NCBI GenBank assembly: GCA_046758705.1 | Contig: JBHIAT010000125.1 | Coordinates: 1-11,270 of the forward strand | Reading direction: 5' to 3' | Length of the DNA: 11,270 nt | DNA from: Candidatus Bipolaricaulia bacterium | GTDB lineage: Bacteria > Bipolaricaulota > Bipolaricaulia > JBHIAT01 | Shown: in pieces, positions 1 to 8,247 of the stretch | Numbering within the stretch: position 1 is the first letter of the stretch | Layout of the letters: every line of letters starts with the position of its first letter | The notes under the pieces: model-generated | What the model was told of the DNA's origin: nothing | Database searches by the model: none | The model's input: only the letters and a program-made list of their open reading frames with translations | Position numbers and translations under genes: made by a program

Positions 1-224
1 GTGCAGCACTTCATGAACACATGCTGGCCGATGTCAACCTCGGTTTCCGATTTGGGGTGTGAGAACGACGAGGCACGCCCGCCGAGATACGGACGCTTTT
101 CCAGCAGTGTGACATGGAATCCTCGATCGGCGAGCTCGCAGGCGGCTGACAGCCCGGCCAGCCCGCCGCCGATCACCAGGACTTGGATATTATCTCTGGA
201 ACGGGGAGCAGGCTCTCGGTCCAT
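1..224 (-). CDS. hpnE: Hydroxysqualene dehydroxylase HpnE (FAD-dependent amine-oxidase family); 5' part only, runs off the left edge
   Basis: Not in the ORF track. Hand translation from ATG 224 gives MDREPAPRSRDNIQVLVIGGGLAGLSAACELADRGFHVTLLEKRPYLGGRASSFSHPKSETEVDIGQHVFMKCC. It has the FAD-binding GxGxxG, LExxxxLGGRAxS and an HpnE-type DxGQH motif, and lies directly after hpnC-hpnD. It overlaps the hpnD 3' end by 52 nt; the start is uncertain. Confidence 0.85.
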   Translation of the reverse strand, partial: MDREPAPRSRDNIQVLVIGGGLAGLSAACELADRGFHVTLLEKRPYLGGRASSFSHPKSETEVDIGQHVFMKCC

Positions 225-1066
225 CGCTTGAAGGCAATGTAAAGTTTCTCAGGGGAGCTCAAGCCGATCCGGTCGTTGAAGACATTGTAGTTCCGTGCCT
301 CGATCTCGTCTAAGATCCGGAGGTAGATTCCGCTCAAGATCGCCGGACACGCCCGGGAGCGGACCGGGAGATAGCCCAGCAACTGGCACCCGCGATCGAA
401 GTAGTGGCGTGCCCGGGCCACCTGAAATTTCATCAGCTTCACGAACGACTCGTTGACGATCTGTTGTTCCAGCTGTTTCTCCGAGTACCCGAACCGTTCC
501 AGGTCTTCGAGCGGTAGATAGATCCGATCCCGCTCCAGATCCTCCTTCACATCACGGAGGATGTTGGTCAACTGCATGGCCAAACCGAGCTCGATCGCGT
601 GCTCTCTAGCACGGAGATCCTGATATTCAAAGATCTGCAACGAGATGAGCCCGACGACCGAGGCAACCCGATAGCAGTAGAGGCGTAGATCCTCAAAGCG
701 CTGGTAGCAACGGGTGGTCAGGTCCATCTCGACCCCGTCGATCACCTGTTCGAAGTGGTCACGGGGGATCGAATAATGGGCGGTGACATCTCGGAGAGCC
801 ACGTAGACTGGATCTTGCGCCAAGCCGGCGAAGCATTGCTCCAGATCCTGGCGTTGCTGCTCGATCAAACGGGTCTTCTGATCGGTGAGGAGCTGTTCAT
901 CGGTCGCGTCGTCACAGCGCCGGCAGAACGCATAGGTCGCGTAGATCGCCCGACGCTTCTCAGCAGGCAGGGTGATGAACGCATAATAGAAGTTTTTCGC
1001 CTCCGCCTTGGTCAGGCGTCGGCAGTACTCGTAGGCGACCTGCAATTCGGTATCCACAGATGCCAT
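173..1066 (-). CDS. hpnD: Presqualene diphosphate synthase HpnD (squalene/phytoene synthase family), ~297 aa
   Basis: Motifs AKNFYYAF, FCRRCDDATD, YCYRVASVVG and AMQLTNILRDVKED..RDRIYLP. It sits between hpnC and hpnE. ATG 1066 (5 nt after the hpnC stop, G-rich RBS) is preferred over the ORF-track start at 1126. Confidence 0.9.
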   Translation of the reverse strand: MASVDTELQVAYEYCRRLTKAEAKNFYYAFITLPAEKRRAIYATYAFCRRCDDATDEQLLTDQKTRLIEQQRQDLEQCFAGLAQDPVYVALRDVTAHYSIPRDHFEQVIDGVEMDLTTRCYQRFEDLRLYCYRVASVVGLISLQIFEYQDLRAREHAIELGLAMQLTNILRDVKEDLERDRIYLPLEDLERFGYSEKQLEQQIVNESFVKLMKFQVARARHYFDRGCQLLGYLPVRSRACPAILSGIYLRILDEIEARNYNVFNDRIGLSSPEKLYIAFKRWTESLLPVPEIISKSW

Positions 1067-1071
1067 GGAGA

Positions 1072-1968
1072 TTACCCCCCGATCCGACCGAATGCCATCC
1101 GGATCATGAGCCCGGCCTTCCTCCACCGGGACAGGGTCGGACGACGATTGAAGACGTCATAGTCACAGCGTTCGATCGCGTCCAACACCTTCATCCCGCC
1201 AAGGGTGAACAGCTTCAGGTCACGGCGCAACCTGCGATCGACCCGATCGACCAGCTTCAACCCTTCGGCAAACATATCCCAGGTTCTTTCGATCTCGAAC
1301 GTCAGCAGCGCAGCAAACCGCTCGTCAACCCTGCCGCGCCGCAGCATCGCCTCGCTGCAGTCGAACCGCTCCATATCCTCAAGCGGCAGGTAGATCCGAT
1401 CCCGGTCCAGATCCCGGGCGATATCCTGCCAGAAGTTGGTCAGCTGGAGCGCAGTACAGGTGTGATCAGAGAGTTGCTGCCGCTCGGCATCGGAGTAGCC
1501 GAACAGATACAGGACCAGATGGCCTACCGGATTGGCTGAATGATCGCAGTAATAGAGCAGATCCTCAAAGGTAGGATAACGGGAGATTCGCTGATCGATA
1601 CGGTTGGCCTCGATGAGCTTCAGGAATGGGTCGGGTGGGATCGAGAACCTTCGGATCGTGTCCTGGAGAGCGATCATGATGATATGCTCCGGGGTCCCCT
1701 CATAGCAGCGCTTCAACTCGGCCTCCCAGAGGTCAAGCAGCATCAATCGGTCCTCCGGCCCCCCGGGTGCCTCATCGCCAAGGTCGTCGACGAACCGGCT
1801 GAACCCGTAGATCGCATACAGATGTTTTTTGATCCGCTGAGGTAGGAACCAGGAACCGATGGTAAAGTTTTCGTAATGGGTCTTGGCGAGGCGTTCGCAG
1901 TAAGCATAGGCCGCGTCTAGGCTGGTACGCTCCCGGTGTACCGTTCCCCCGATTCTCTCCTGCTTCAT
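1072..1968 (-). CDS. hpnC: Hydroxysqualene synthase HpnC (squalene/phytoene synthase family), ~298 aa
   Basis: HpnC-type motifs HYENF, FSRFVDDLGDE, YCDHSANPVG and ALQLTNFWQD..RDRIYLP. ATG 1968 lies 11 nt after the yjbQ stop; the ORF-track extension to 2145 lies inside yjbQ. Confidence 0.9.
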   Translation of the reverse strand: MKQERIGGTVHRERTSLDAAYAYCERLAKTHYENFTIGSWFLPQRIKKHLYAIYGFSRFVDDLGDEAPGGPEDRLMLLDLWEAELKRCYEGTPEHIIMIALQDTIRRFSIPPDPFLKLIEANRIDQRISRYPTFEDLLYYCDHSANPVGHLVLYLFGYSDAERQQLSDHTCTALQLTNFWQDIARDLDRDRIYLPLEDMERFDCSEAMLRRGRVDERFAALLTFEIERTWDMFAEGLKLVDRVDRRLRRDLKLFTLGGMKVLDAIERCDYDVFNRRPTLSRWRKAGLMIRMAFGRIGG

Positions 1969-1979
1969 GGCTCCCGCCT

Positions 1980-2423
1980 TTATGTGCCGATGATCTGGAC
2001 AATGACCTCCCGTGGACGGGGACGGTCCAGCTCGATCAGGAAGACTCGTTGCCACTCGCCGAACTGCAGGCGGCCGTCGATGATCGGAATCGTTTCGCTC
2101 GTGTTGAGCAACAGCCGCTGGCAGTGCGCGTGCCCGTTGGGACACTCCTCATCGGTCATGTTGATGGTGCGGATCGAGAAGTCGTTGTGGCGGTAGTGGT
2201 CATCCCGCGGGGCGATCCGCTCCAGGAAACACTCCATATCCCGGATCAGCAGCGGTTCGTTCTCGTTGATCTTGATGGCAGCCGTTGTGTGCCTGGAGTA
2301 GACGATGGCACATCCGTTCTCGATTGCGGCGTCCCGGACGAATGATTCTACTTCATCGGTAATGTCGATGAATTCGGGCGCCTTGGTCGTCTCGAGCTGA
2401 ATAGCATAGATACTGGTGACCAT
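1980..2423 (-). CDS. yjbQ: YjbQ/UPF0047 family protein (secondary thiamine-phosphate synthase enzyme family), 147 aa
   Basis: Family motifs FIDIT..V, HTTAAIKINENEP, NGHAH and GRLQFGEWQRVFLIELDRPRPR. Strong GGAGG RBS; starts 4 nt after the ispH stop. Confidence 0.9.
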   Translation of the reverse strand: MVTSIYAIQLETTKAPEFIDITDEVESFVRDAAIENGCAIVYSRHTTAAIKINENEPLLIRDMECFLERIAPRDDHYRHNDFSIRTINMTDEECPNGHAHCQRLLLNTSETIPIIDGRLQFGEWQRVFLIELDRPRPREVIVQIIGT

Positions 2424-2427
2424 GCAT

Positions 2428-3291
2428 TTACCTCCCTTCCTCTAACGCTTTGCTCAATCCCCCCAACCGCTCCACCACGGCGTCGATCGACGCATCGGGC
2501 GTCGACGCGCCTGCGGTCACCCCGACATGTTGTTTGCCGACCACCCACTCGGGCTGGATCTCGTCAGCACTCTCGATATGGTAGGTCTCCACCCCGGTCT
2601 TGCGACATGTCTCGGCCAGCTTGCGGGTGTTCGCCGAGTGCTTGCCGCCGATGACGATGAGCAGATCCGCGCGGGTTGCGAGCTCCTGTGCCGCAGCGTA
2701 GCGCTCGTTTGTCTCCGGACAGGTGGTGTTGACGATTCGCACCTCGTTGATCCGGTCCATGTTATGGGTCAGGAATTCGGAGATAAAGTGGATGAACGAC
2801 TCCGGTCCCTTGGTCGTCTGGGAGATGAGCGCGACCTTGCGGCGCGGGATCGGCACGTCGGCTTTGGGGTCCATGATCGCGATCGCCTTCCCCTGGGCCC
2901 AACCCAGGACGCCACGGACCTCCTTGTGATCCGCCTCTCCGTACAGGATCATCTGGAACCCTTCGTCGATGAGTCGGTGCGCCTCACGCTGCGCCTTGCT
3001 TACGATCGGACAGGTGGTGTCGACGAGCCGGTAGCCCTTCTCCTCGATCACCTGGTAGATCTCCTCTCCGACCCCATGGGCGGTGATCGCCACCGTCCCG
3101 GTCTCGACATCATCGAGCGACCCGACGACCTTCGCGCCTTGCTTCTCAAGATCGTTTATGACATACGGGTTGTGCACGGTGGTCCCGAACGTCTCCAGCG
3201 GCCCGTGCTTCTCCGCGTCCTGGGCAACTATGTCGATCGCACGACGGACGCCGAAGCAGAATCCCAGGACTGTGGCTGTCTCAATCTTCAT
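2428..3291 (-). CDS. ispH: 4-hydroxy-3-methylbut-2-enyl diphosphate reductase IspH (LytB), 287 aa
   Basis: Motifs GFCFGVRRAI, VHN, TAHG, DTTCPIV, HKEV, SQTT, NTTC, SANT and GVTAGASTP. The three Fe-S cysteines are present. GGAGG upstream. Confidence 0.95.
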   Translation of the reverse strand: MKIETATVLGFCFGVRRAIDIVAQDAEKHGPLETFGTTVHNPYVINDLEKQGAKVVGSLDDVETGTVAITAHGVGEEIYQVIEEKGYRLVDTTCPIVSKAQREAHRLIDEGFQMILYGEADHKEVRGVLGWAQGKAIAIMDPKADVPIPRRKVALISQTTKGPESFIHFISEFLTHNMDRINEVRIVNTTCPETNERYAAAQELATRADLLIVIGGKHSANTRKLAETCRKTGVETYHIESADEIQPEWVVGKQHVGVTAGASTPDASIDAVVERLGGLSKALEEGR

Positions 3292-3297
3292 GAGGTC

Positions 3298-5229
3298 TCA
3301 ATCCTCCTTTCCCTTTCTCGAGAGGATCCGTCGATATCTTCCCAACGCCATGAGCGGAAAGTAATCCCGGTAGAGATGATAGTTGATCATAAACGCCCCG
3401 GGGAAACCGGTCCCGGTAAACTGGGGTTCGTCCCAGGAGCCATCGGCCTCCTGGGTTTCGATCAGATAGAGGATCCCCCGTTCGACCGCCGGGGATTCGG
3501 CCGTCCCGGCCGCCAACAGCCCGAGCAACGCCCACGCCGTTTGAGATGCGGTGCTCTCCCCTTGACCGTGCAGGTTCGGATCCGTGTAGCTGGCACAGGT
3601 CTCTCCCCAGCCGCCGTCGGAGTTCTGATGATCCATCAGCCAGCGAACCGCACGCGTCACGTACGCCTGATCCATCTCCTCCCCGATCGCCTGAAGTGCC
3701 GGCAGCACCGCCCCGGTCCCGTAGATGTAGTTGACCCCCCAGCGGCCGAACCAGCTTCCGTCCGGCTCCTGCTCGTTCCGCAGATAGGTGAGCGCACGGC
3801 GGATCGGGGGGAAGTTTCGATCGTAGCCCAGCATGCCGAGCAGCTCGACCACATGGGCGGTGACATCGACGCTCGGCGGGTCGATCAGCTCGCCGAAGTC
3901 GGCGAACGGGATCTTGGCCATAAATCTCCGGGTGTTGTCGACGTCGAATGCCGCCCATCCACCGTTTCGGCTCTGCATGCTGAGCAACCACTCCAGACCC
4001 CGCTCCAAAGCCTTCGCCTTCTCCGACTCGGGCAGCCAGGTCCTATGCAGCGCAATCATTACCTCAGCGGTGTCGTCGATATCCGGGTAGATATCATTCT
4101 CGAACTCGAACGCCCACCCCCCTGGCCGGCCCCGTCGGTTCTTCACCTGCCAATCGCCGCCGGTGAAGATCTGCTCGTTGAATAACCAGCGACCGGCCTT
4201 CACCAACGCCGGATGGTCGGAGGGAAGCCCGGCATCTAGAAGTGCGATCATGGCCAGTACCGCGTCCCAGACCGGTGAGATGCAGGACTGCACCCGCCAT
4301 GTCTCTCCCTCCTCGATGGCGAACGTTTCGAATCCCTCGATGGCCTGAGCGATCACCGGGTGGTCGATCGGATAGCCAAGCGTTTTAAGCGCGATCAGCG
4401 AATAGACCCAGGGAGGTTGGATGCCGCCCCAGCTGCCGTCTGCCTCCTGGCGTTCGATGATCCAGCGCACCGCGCGTCGGATCGCCTGGGTCCGGCCCGG
4501 CTTCCAAGGAAACTTCTCGTAGACACGCAACCACCGATCGAGAACCATGAAAAAACCCTTCCAACTTATCCACCGATCGGGGCTGGGTAAAGACGTATCG
4601 ATCCGGCCCCGGGGTTCAGGGTACAACTCGTCGATGTGCGCGTGCTCGGGGATCGGGCAGACGGGCCGCTTCGTCAAAATGATCGTCATCGGCACGATCG
4701 TCTGCCGCGCCCAGCAGGAGAACTCGTAGATGTTGAACGGGAACCAACTCGGCAAGAAGATGATCTCCGGCGGCATCATCGGGGTCCCATCCCAGTTCCA
4801 CTGGCCGAACAGTGCCAGCCAGATCTTGGTGAACACCCGCGCCTTCGGCACCCCCCCCTGGGACCGGATGAACTCCCTGGCCGTTTGCATGAACGGCTCG
4901 TCGGGTGAGATCCCAGCGAGTTTGAGCGCAAAGTAGGACTCGATCGTCGTGCTCAGGTCCCCCGGCCCCCCGTAATAGATGCTCCAGGAACCGTCGGGCA
5001 ACTGCCGGCTCCTCAGATAGTTGCAGATCTTCCGCCATCGGTCCGGATCCGGGATCCCCAGAAAGTGGGTGAGCAACAGGTACTCAGCGATGATGGTGAC
5101 GTTCGACTCCAACTCCCCCCACCAGTAGCCCTCAGGATACTGGATCTCGAGCAGATGCTCTCGGGACCGCTCGATCGCTTGATCGAGCTTGGCCTCAATC
5201 TTTGATGTGGCTCCCTTAAGCTCTGCCAT
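3298..5229 (-). CDS. shc: Squalene-hopene cyclase, ~643 aa
   Basis: Catalytic DxDD (YPDIDDTA), repeated QW motifs (QLPDGSW, QEADGSW, QSRNGGW, QEPDGSW, QNSDGGW), WFGRWGVNYIYGT and the C-terminal GTGFP..F..NYHLY. ATG 5229 (MAELKG, purine-rich upstream, 14-nt overlap with ispG) is preferred over 5298. Confidence 0.97.
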   Translation of the reverse strand: MAELKGATSKIEAKLDQAIERSREHLLEIQYPEGYWWGELESNVTIIAEYLLLTHFLGIPDPDRWRKICNYLRSRQLPDGSWSIYYGGPGDLSTTIESYFALKLAGISPDEPFMQTAREFIRSQGGVPKARVFTKIWLALFGQWNWDGTPMMPPEIIFLPSWFPFNIYEFSCWARQTIVPMTIILTKRPVCPIPEHAHIDELYPEPRGRIDTSLPSPDRWISWKGFFMVLDRWLRVYEKFPWKPGRTQAIRRAVRWIIERQEADGSWGGIQPPWVYSLIALKTLGYPIDHPVIAQAIEGFETFAIEEGETWRVQSCISPVWDAVLAMIALLDAGLPSDHPALVKAGRWLFNEQIFTGGDWQVKNRRGRPGGWAFEFENDIYPDIDDTAEVMIALHRTWLPESEKAKALERGLEWLLSMQSRNGGWAAFDVDNTRRFMAKIPFADFGELIDPPSVDVTAHVVELLGMLGYDRNFPPIRRALTYLRNEQEPDGSWFGRWGVNYIYGTGAVLPALQAIGEEMDQAYVTRAVRWLMDHQNSDGGWGETCASYTDPNLHGQGESTASQTAWALLGLLAAGTAESPAVERGILYLIETQEADGSWDEPQFTGTGFPGAFMINYHLYRDYFPLMALGRYRRILSRKGKED

Positions 5230-6343
5230 CTCCCCGCTTCCCGTTCCCGTCGTGTTCCAGTTCGGCGGCGTACTCGCGCACCATCGCCTCCAATTCATCC
5301 ACCACCCGGTCTTCGGGGACCTTCTTCACCCGCTCCCCTCCCCGGTACAACACCACGCCTCCTTGCACCCCCAACAGCCCGATGTCCGACTCGCCCGCCT
5401 CGCCGATCCCGTTCACCACACATCCGATCAACGAGACTTTGAGCGGTGTCTGCACATCCTTCAGTCGTTCATGCGCCTCGGCCACGATCCGCTCCAGGTC
5501 GATCAGGATCCGTCCGCACGTCGGACACGAACTGAACTGAATCCCCTTCTGCCGCAATCCCAACGCCTTCAGAATCTCGTAGCCGACCTCCACCTCCTGC
5601 ACCGGATCTCCGGTCAACGACACCCGCAATGTGTCTCCGATTCCCGCTTCGAGCAGCGTCCCGATCCCTAACGCCGACTTCGCCACCCCCGCATCTCCGT
5701 ATCCTGCTTCCGTCACCCCCAGATGGAGCGGATAGTCCACCTGATCGGCAATCAGCCGATACGCCTCGATCATGATTCGCACATCCGTCGACTTCAGCGA
5801 GATGACGATGTCTTCAAAATCGTTCTCTTCCAGGATCGCGATCTCTTTCAGAGCGCTTTCGACCATCCCCTCAGGGGTGACGCCTTCATGCCTGATCAAG
5901 ATCTCCTTATCCAGCGAGCCGGAGTTGACCCCGACTCGGATCGGGATGCCGGCGTCTTTGGCGGCCTGCACCACTGCCTCGATCTTCTCGCGTTTGGTGA
6001 TGTTGCCCGGATTCAATCGGAGTTTGTCGACCCCCTGATCGATCGCTGCCAGCGCCAGGCGGTGCTCGAAGTGGATGTCGGCGACCAGGGGAATATGGAT
6101 CCTTCGTTTGATCTCACCGAGTTTGGCAGCGGCGTCCTTGTTAAGGACAGCCACCCGGACGATCTCACAGCCGGCGTCTTCGAGCCGATAGATCTGGGCG
6201 ACGGTGGCGTCGACATCTTGGGTGTCGGTGGTGGTCATCGACTGGACGGCGACCGGGTGGCCGCCACCGATGTCACAATTACCGATCCGGACGACCCGCG
6301 ACCGTCTCCGGGTGATCGGTTTCACCTTCACGTGCACGGCCAT
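5216..6343 (-). CDS. ispG: (E)-4-hydroxy-3-methylbut-2-enyl diphosphate synthase IspG (GcpE), short form, ~375 aa
   Basis: Motifs VQSMT, PLVADIHF, RLNPGNI, IRVGVNSGSL, PLHLGVTEAG, GIGDTLRVSLT, and Fe-S ligands SCPTCGR and GCVVNG..E. The start is either ATG 6343 (GGAGG 8 nt upstream) or GTG 6349. Confidence 0.96.
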   Translation of the reverse strand: MAVHVKVKPITRRRSRVVRIGNCDIGGGHPVAVQSMTTTDTQDVDATVAQIYRLEDAGCEIVRVAVLNKDAAAKLGEIKRRIHIPLVADIHFEHRLALAAIDQGVDKLRLNPGNITKREKIEAVVQAAKDAGIPIRVGVNSGSLDKEILIRHEGVTPEGMVESALKEIAILEENDFEDIVISLKSTDVRIMIEAYRLIADQVDYPLHLGVTEAGYGDAGVAKSALGIGTLLEAGIGDTLRVSLTGDPVQEVEVGYEILKALGLRQKGIQFSSCPTCGRILIDLERIVAEAHERLKDVQTPLKVSLIGCVVNGIGEAGESDIGLLGVQGGVVLYRGGERVKKVPEDRVVDELEAMVREYAAELEHDGNGKRGDGRA

Positions 6344-6364
6344 TGTCACGACCTCCCTCCCCCA

Positions 6365-7429
6365 TTAGGGAATCGAAATGCCGCTTTGCTTTTCCTCTAT
6401 ATATCCGTGGACTCGTTTCAACTCTCTTAACCGGTTTCGTCTCACATAGCCATATATTACAAACCAGCGGATCGCTTTCTCAAGAGCTTTCTCGATTGGT
6501 GTTTGAGGCAACCCTAATTCCTGGACCGCCTTGTCGCAGTTGACGTACATCGGCTTACGGGCGGTGCGCACCGCCTCCACAGGTGCCCGGGGTGGACGAC
6601 GCAACAGCCTTCCCGAGACGAACGTATTGATGTGAGCGATTCCCAGTGCCAGCCCGTAGGGCAACCGCAGCCGGGGCGCAGGCAGCCCGGTGATCTTCGC
6701 CAGCGCCTTGAAGATCTCCAGCAGACTCATGTTCTGGTGACCGAGCAGATATCGTTCGCCCGGCCGACCCCGTTCCAAGGCCTGTAGATGCCCGATCGCC
6801 ACGTCCTCAACATCGATCAGGTTGAGGCCGGTCTCGATGTAAGCAAACATCTTGCCGTTCAGGAAGTCGAGGATCATCTTCCCGGTGGGGGTCGGCTTCA
6901 GGTCACCGCGTCCCACCGGTGTTGTCGGGTTGACGATCACCACCGGCAACCCCGTCTCCCGGTAGAACCGGATCGCCTCCTGCTCGGCCAGGTACTTGGA
7001 CCGCTTGTAGGCGCTGGCCAAGTCATCAAGGCTCAGCGGCGCCTCCTCGGTCGAGACCTCCCCGGGCTTCGGCGGACCGATCGTCGAGACGGTGCTGGTG
7101 TAGACGACCCGATCGATGCCGGCCTCTAGGGCGACAGAGAGCAAGTTTCGGGTCCCATCCACATTGATGCGGTAGATCTCGTTTGGATCGGGAGCCCAGT
7201 AGGTGTAACGCGCCGCCGTATGGAACAGGACATCGCATCCGGCGATCGCCGCGATCGCCGACGCCGGGTCCCGGACGTCCCCGTAAACGAACGTTACATC
7301 CAGCCCTTCGAGGTTGCGCAGATCGCTCTCCCGGCGCACCAGTGCCCGGACCTCGAATCCTGCGGTTCGCAGCGCCCGGACCAAGTTGCTCCCGATAAAT
7401 CCATTGGCACCGGTGACCAGCGCCTTCAT
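6365..7429 (-). CDS. hpnA: Hopanoid-associated NAD-dependent epimerase/dehydratase (HpnA-like, extended SDR), ~354 aa
   Basis: Rossmann motif ALVTGANGFIG, FHTAA.Y, VYTST, catalytic YKRSK, and HpnA-type NPTTPVG.GD.KPTPTG. ATG 7429 overlaps the upstream stop (ATGA); ATG 7435 is an alternative. The ORF-track extension to 7729 lies inside the neighbouring gene. Confidence 0.85.
   Translation of the reverse strand: MKALVTGANGFIGSNLVRALRTAGFEVRALVRRESDLRNLEGLDVTFVYGDVRDPASAIAAIAGCDVLFHTAARYTYWAPDPNEIYRINVDGTRNLLSVALEAGIDRVVYTSTVSTIGPPKPGEVSTEEAPLSLDDLASAYKRSKYLAEQEAIRFYRETGLPVVIVNPTTPVGRGDLKPTPTGKMILDFLNGKMFAYIETGLNLIDVEDVAIGHLQALERGRPGERYLLGHQNMSLLEIFKALAKITGLPAPRLRLPYGLALGIAHINTFVSGRLLRRPPRAPVEAVRTARKPMYVNCDKAVQELGLPQTPIEKALEKAIRWFVIYGYVRRNRLRELKRVHGYIEEKQSGISIP
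6454..6483 (-). promoter_or_regulatory. Possible internal promoter upstream of ispG
   Basis: TTGAGA (6483-6478), an 18-nt spacer, then TAATAT (6459-6454), inside a low-GC patch at the hpnA 3' end. This is only a weak consensus match. Confidence 0.25.
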
Positions 7430-8247
7430 TGCCATTCTCGGTTGCCCACCTCCGATCCGGCGTGTAGCTCTTGCAAAAACGTTTCCAGGAACGACGTCAA
7501 CGTCCGCGCCCCGCGTCTGGCATAGTGACCCAATTGAACCGACTCCCCCAGCCTCCACGGACGGCTCAACAGTGCGAGGACCGCGATGGGACGGATCCGA
7601 CCTTGGCCATCGACCAGGGGTGGAATCCGTGTGTCGAGCCGATCGAGAACGATCCGGACCGCCAGGAACGGCACCCCCCAGGCTTGAACGGCTCTTCCGG
7701 CCCAATAGCTCTCCATATCCACGCTCCACGCCGTCGAGTGTCGCCCCAGGGCTCGCTTCTCCCAGGGTTGGACGACGTGATCAGCCGTCAGGCCCATTCC
7801 CCGGTGGTATCGCCATCCTTTGCGAGACAGGATCCGATCCGCAACCTCGATCAGCTCGCGATCGGAGGTGATCGTTGCGGCTCCGTCTCCGGCTTCAGCG
7901 GCCAGGATCACCTGCTCTAACAACACCAGCTCCCCGGGCTCTAACCGTTCCTGGAGGGCCCCGGCAAAACCTGTGGAGATCAAGGCCGCAGGTCGGTGGA
8001 CCCGCAGCCACCGATCGAGGATCGCCTCCACGCCCCGGCGCCCGATACCGGTTCTGACCAAGACCACTGGGCAATCGGCAAGTTGACCCCACAGGATCGG
8101 AGACCTCGGCTCGACCGGTCGAGCGTTGGCTCGCGCACAGAGCGGTTTGAGCTCGACATCGAGCGCGGCGGTGATCGCGATCATTTCACCTTTATCTTCG
8201 CCCTCACCTTCGTCCCCGGACCGATTCAGCTCCAAACTCAGCGTCAC
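7426..8247 (-). CDS. hpnG: Nucleoside phosphorylase/nucleosidase family protein (PNP/MTAN fold), probable HpnG adenosylhopane nucleosidase
   Basis: Motifs IAITAALDVE, RTGIG, ISTGFAGAL...L.PGELV, VDMES and AVRIVLD, immediately downstream of hpnH. The start is either GTG 8247 (GTGA overlap with the hpnH stop) or ATG 8184, where the recognisable domain begins. The HpnG function is assigned from context. Confidence 0.75.
   Translation of the reverse strand: MTLSLELNRSGDEGEGEDKGEMIAITAALDVELKPLCARANARPVEPRSPILWGQLADCPVVLVRTGIGRRGVEAILDRWLRVHRPAALISTGFAGALQERLEPGELVLLEQVILAAEAGDGAATITSDRELIEVADRILSRKGWRYHRGMGLTADHVVQPWEKRALGRHSTAWSVDMESYWAGRAVQAWGVPFLAVRIVLDRLDTRIPPLVDGQGRIRPIAVLALLSRPWRLGESVQLGHYARRGARTLTSFLETFLQELHAGSEVGNREWQ

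Noticed and set aside
173-1968. Interpretation of the two synthases as carotenoid CrtB/CrtM
   Set aside because: The HYENF and NFWQD motifs mark HpnC, and the C-D-E order next to shc indicates the squalene pathway.
3281-3991. 236-aa alternative-frame minus-strand ORF inside shc, and similar nested ORFs
   Set aside because: Arg/Gly-rich out-of-frame translations with no domain signal; the main frames are intact, so there is no sign of a frameshift.
2527-4185. 552-aa plus-strand ORF (also 9571-10530, 8313-9173, 5723-6430 and other plus-strand ORFs)
   Set aside because: These are antisense shadows of well-supported minus-strand genes, expected in GC-rich coding DNA, and show no recognisable motifs.
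4261-4278. Shc SPVWDA instead of the usual SPVWDT
   Set aside because: A single substitution with DxDD and the other motifs intact; insufficient to suggest a different cyclisation product.
7436-7729. Apparent ~100-aa N-terminal extension of HpnA (similar extensions on HpnC, HpnD, Shc and the prenyltransferase)
   Set aside because: Artefacts of longest-ORF calling. They overlap upstream genes, and better starts sit at the gene junctions.
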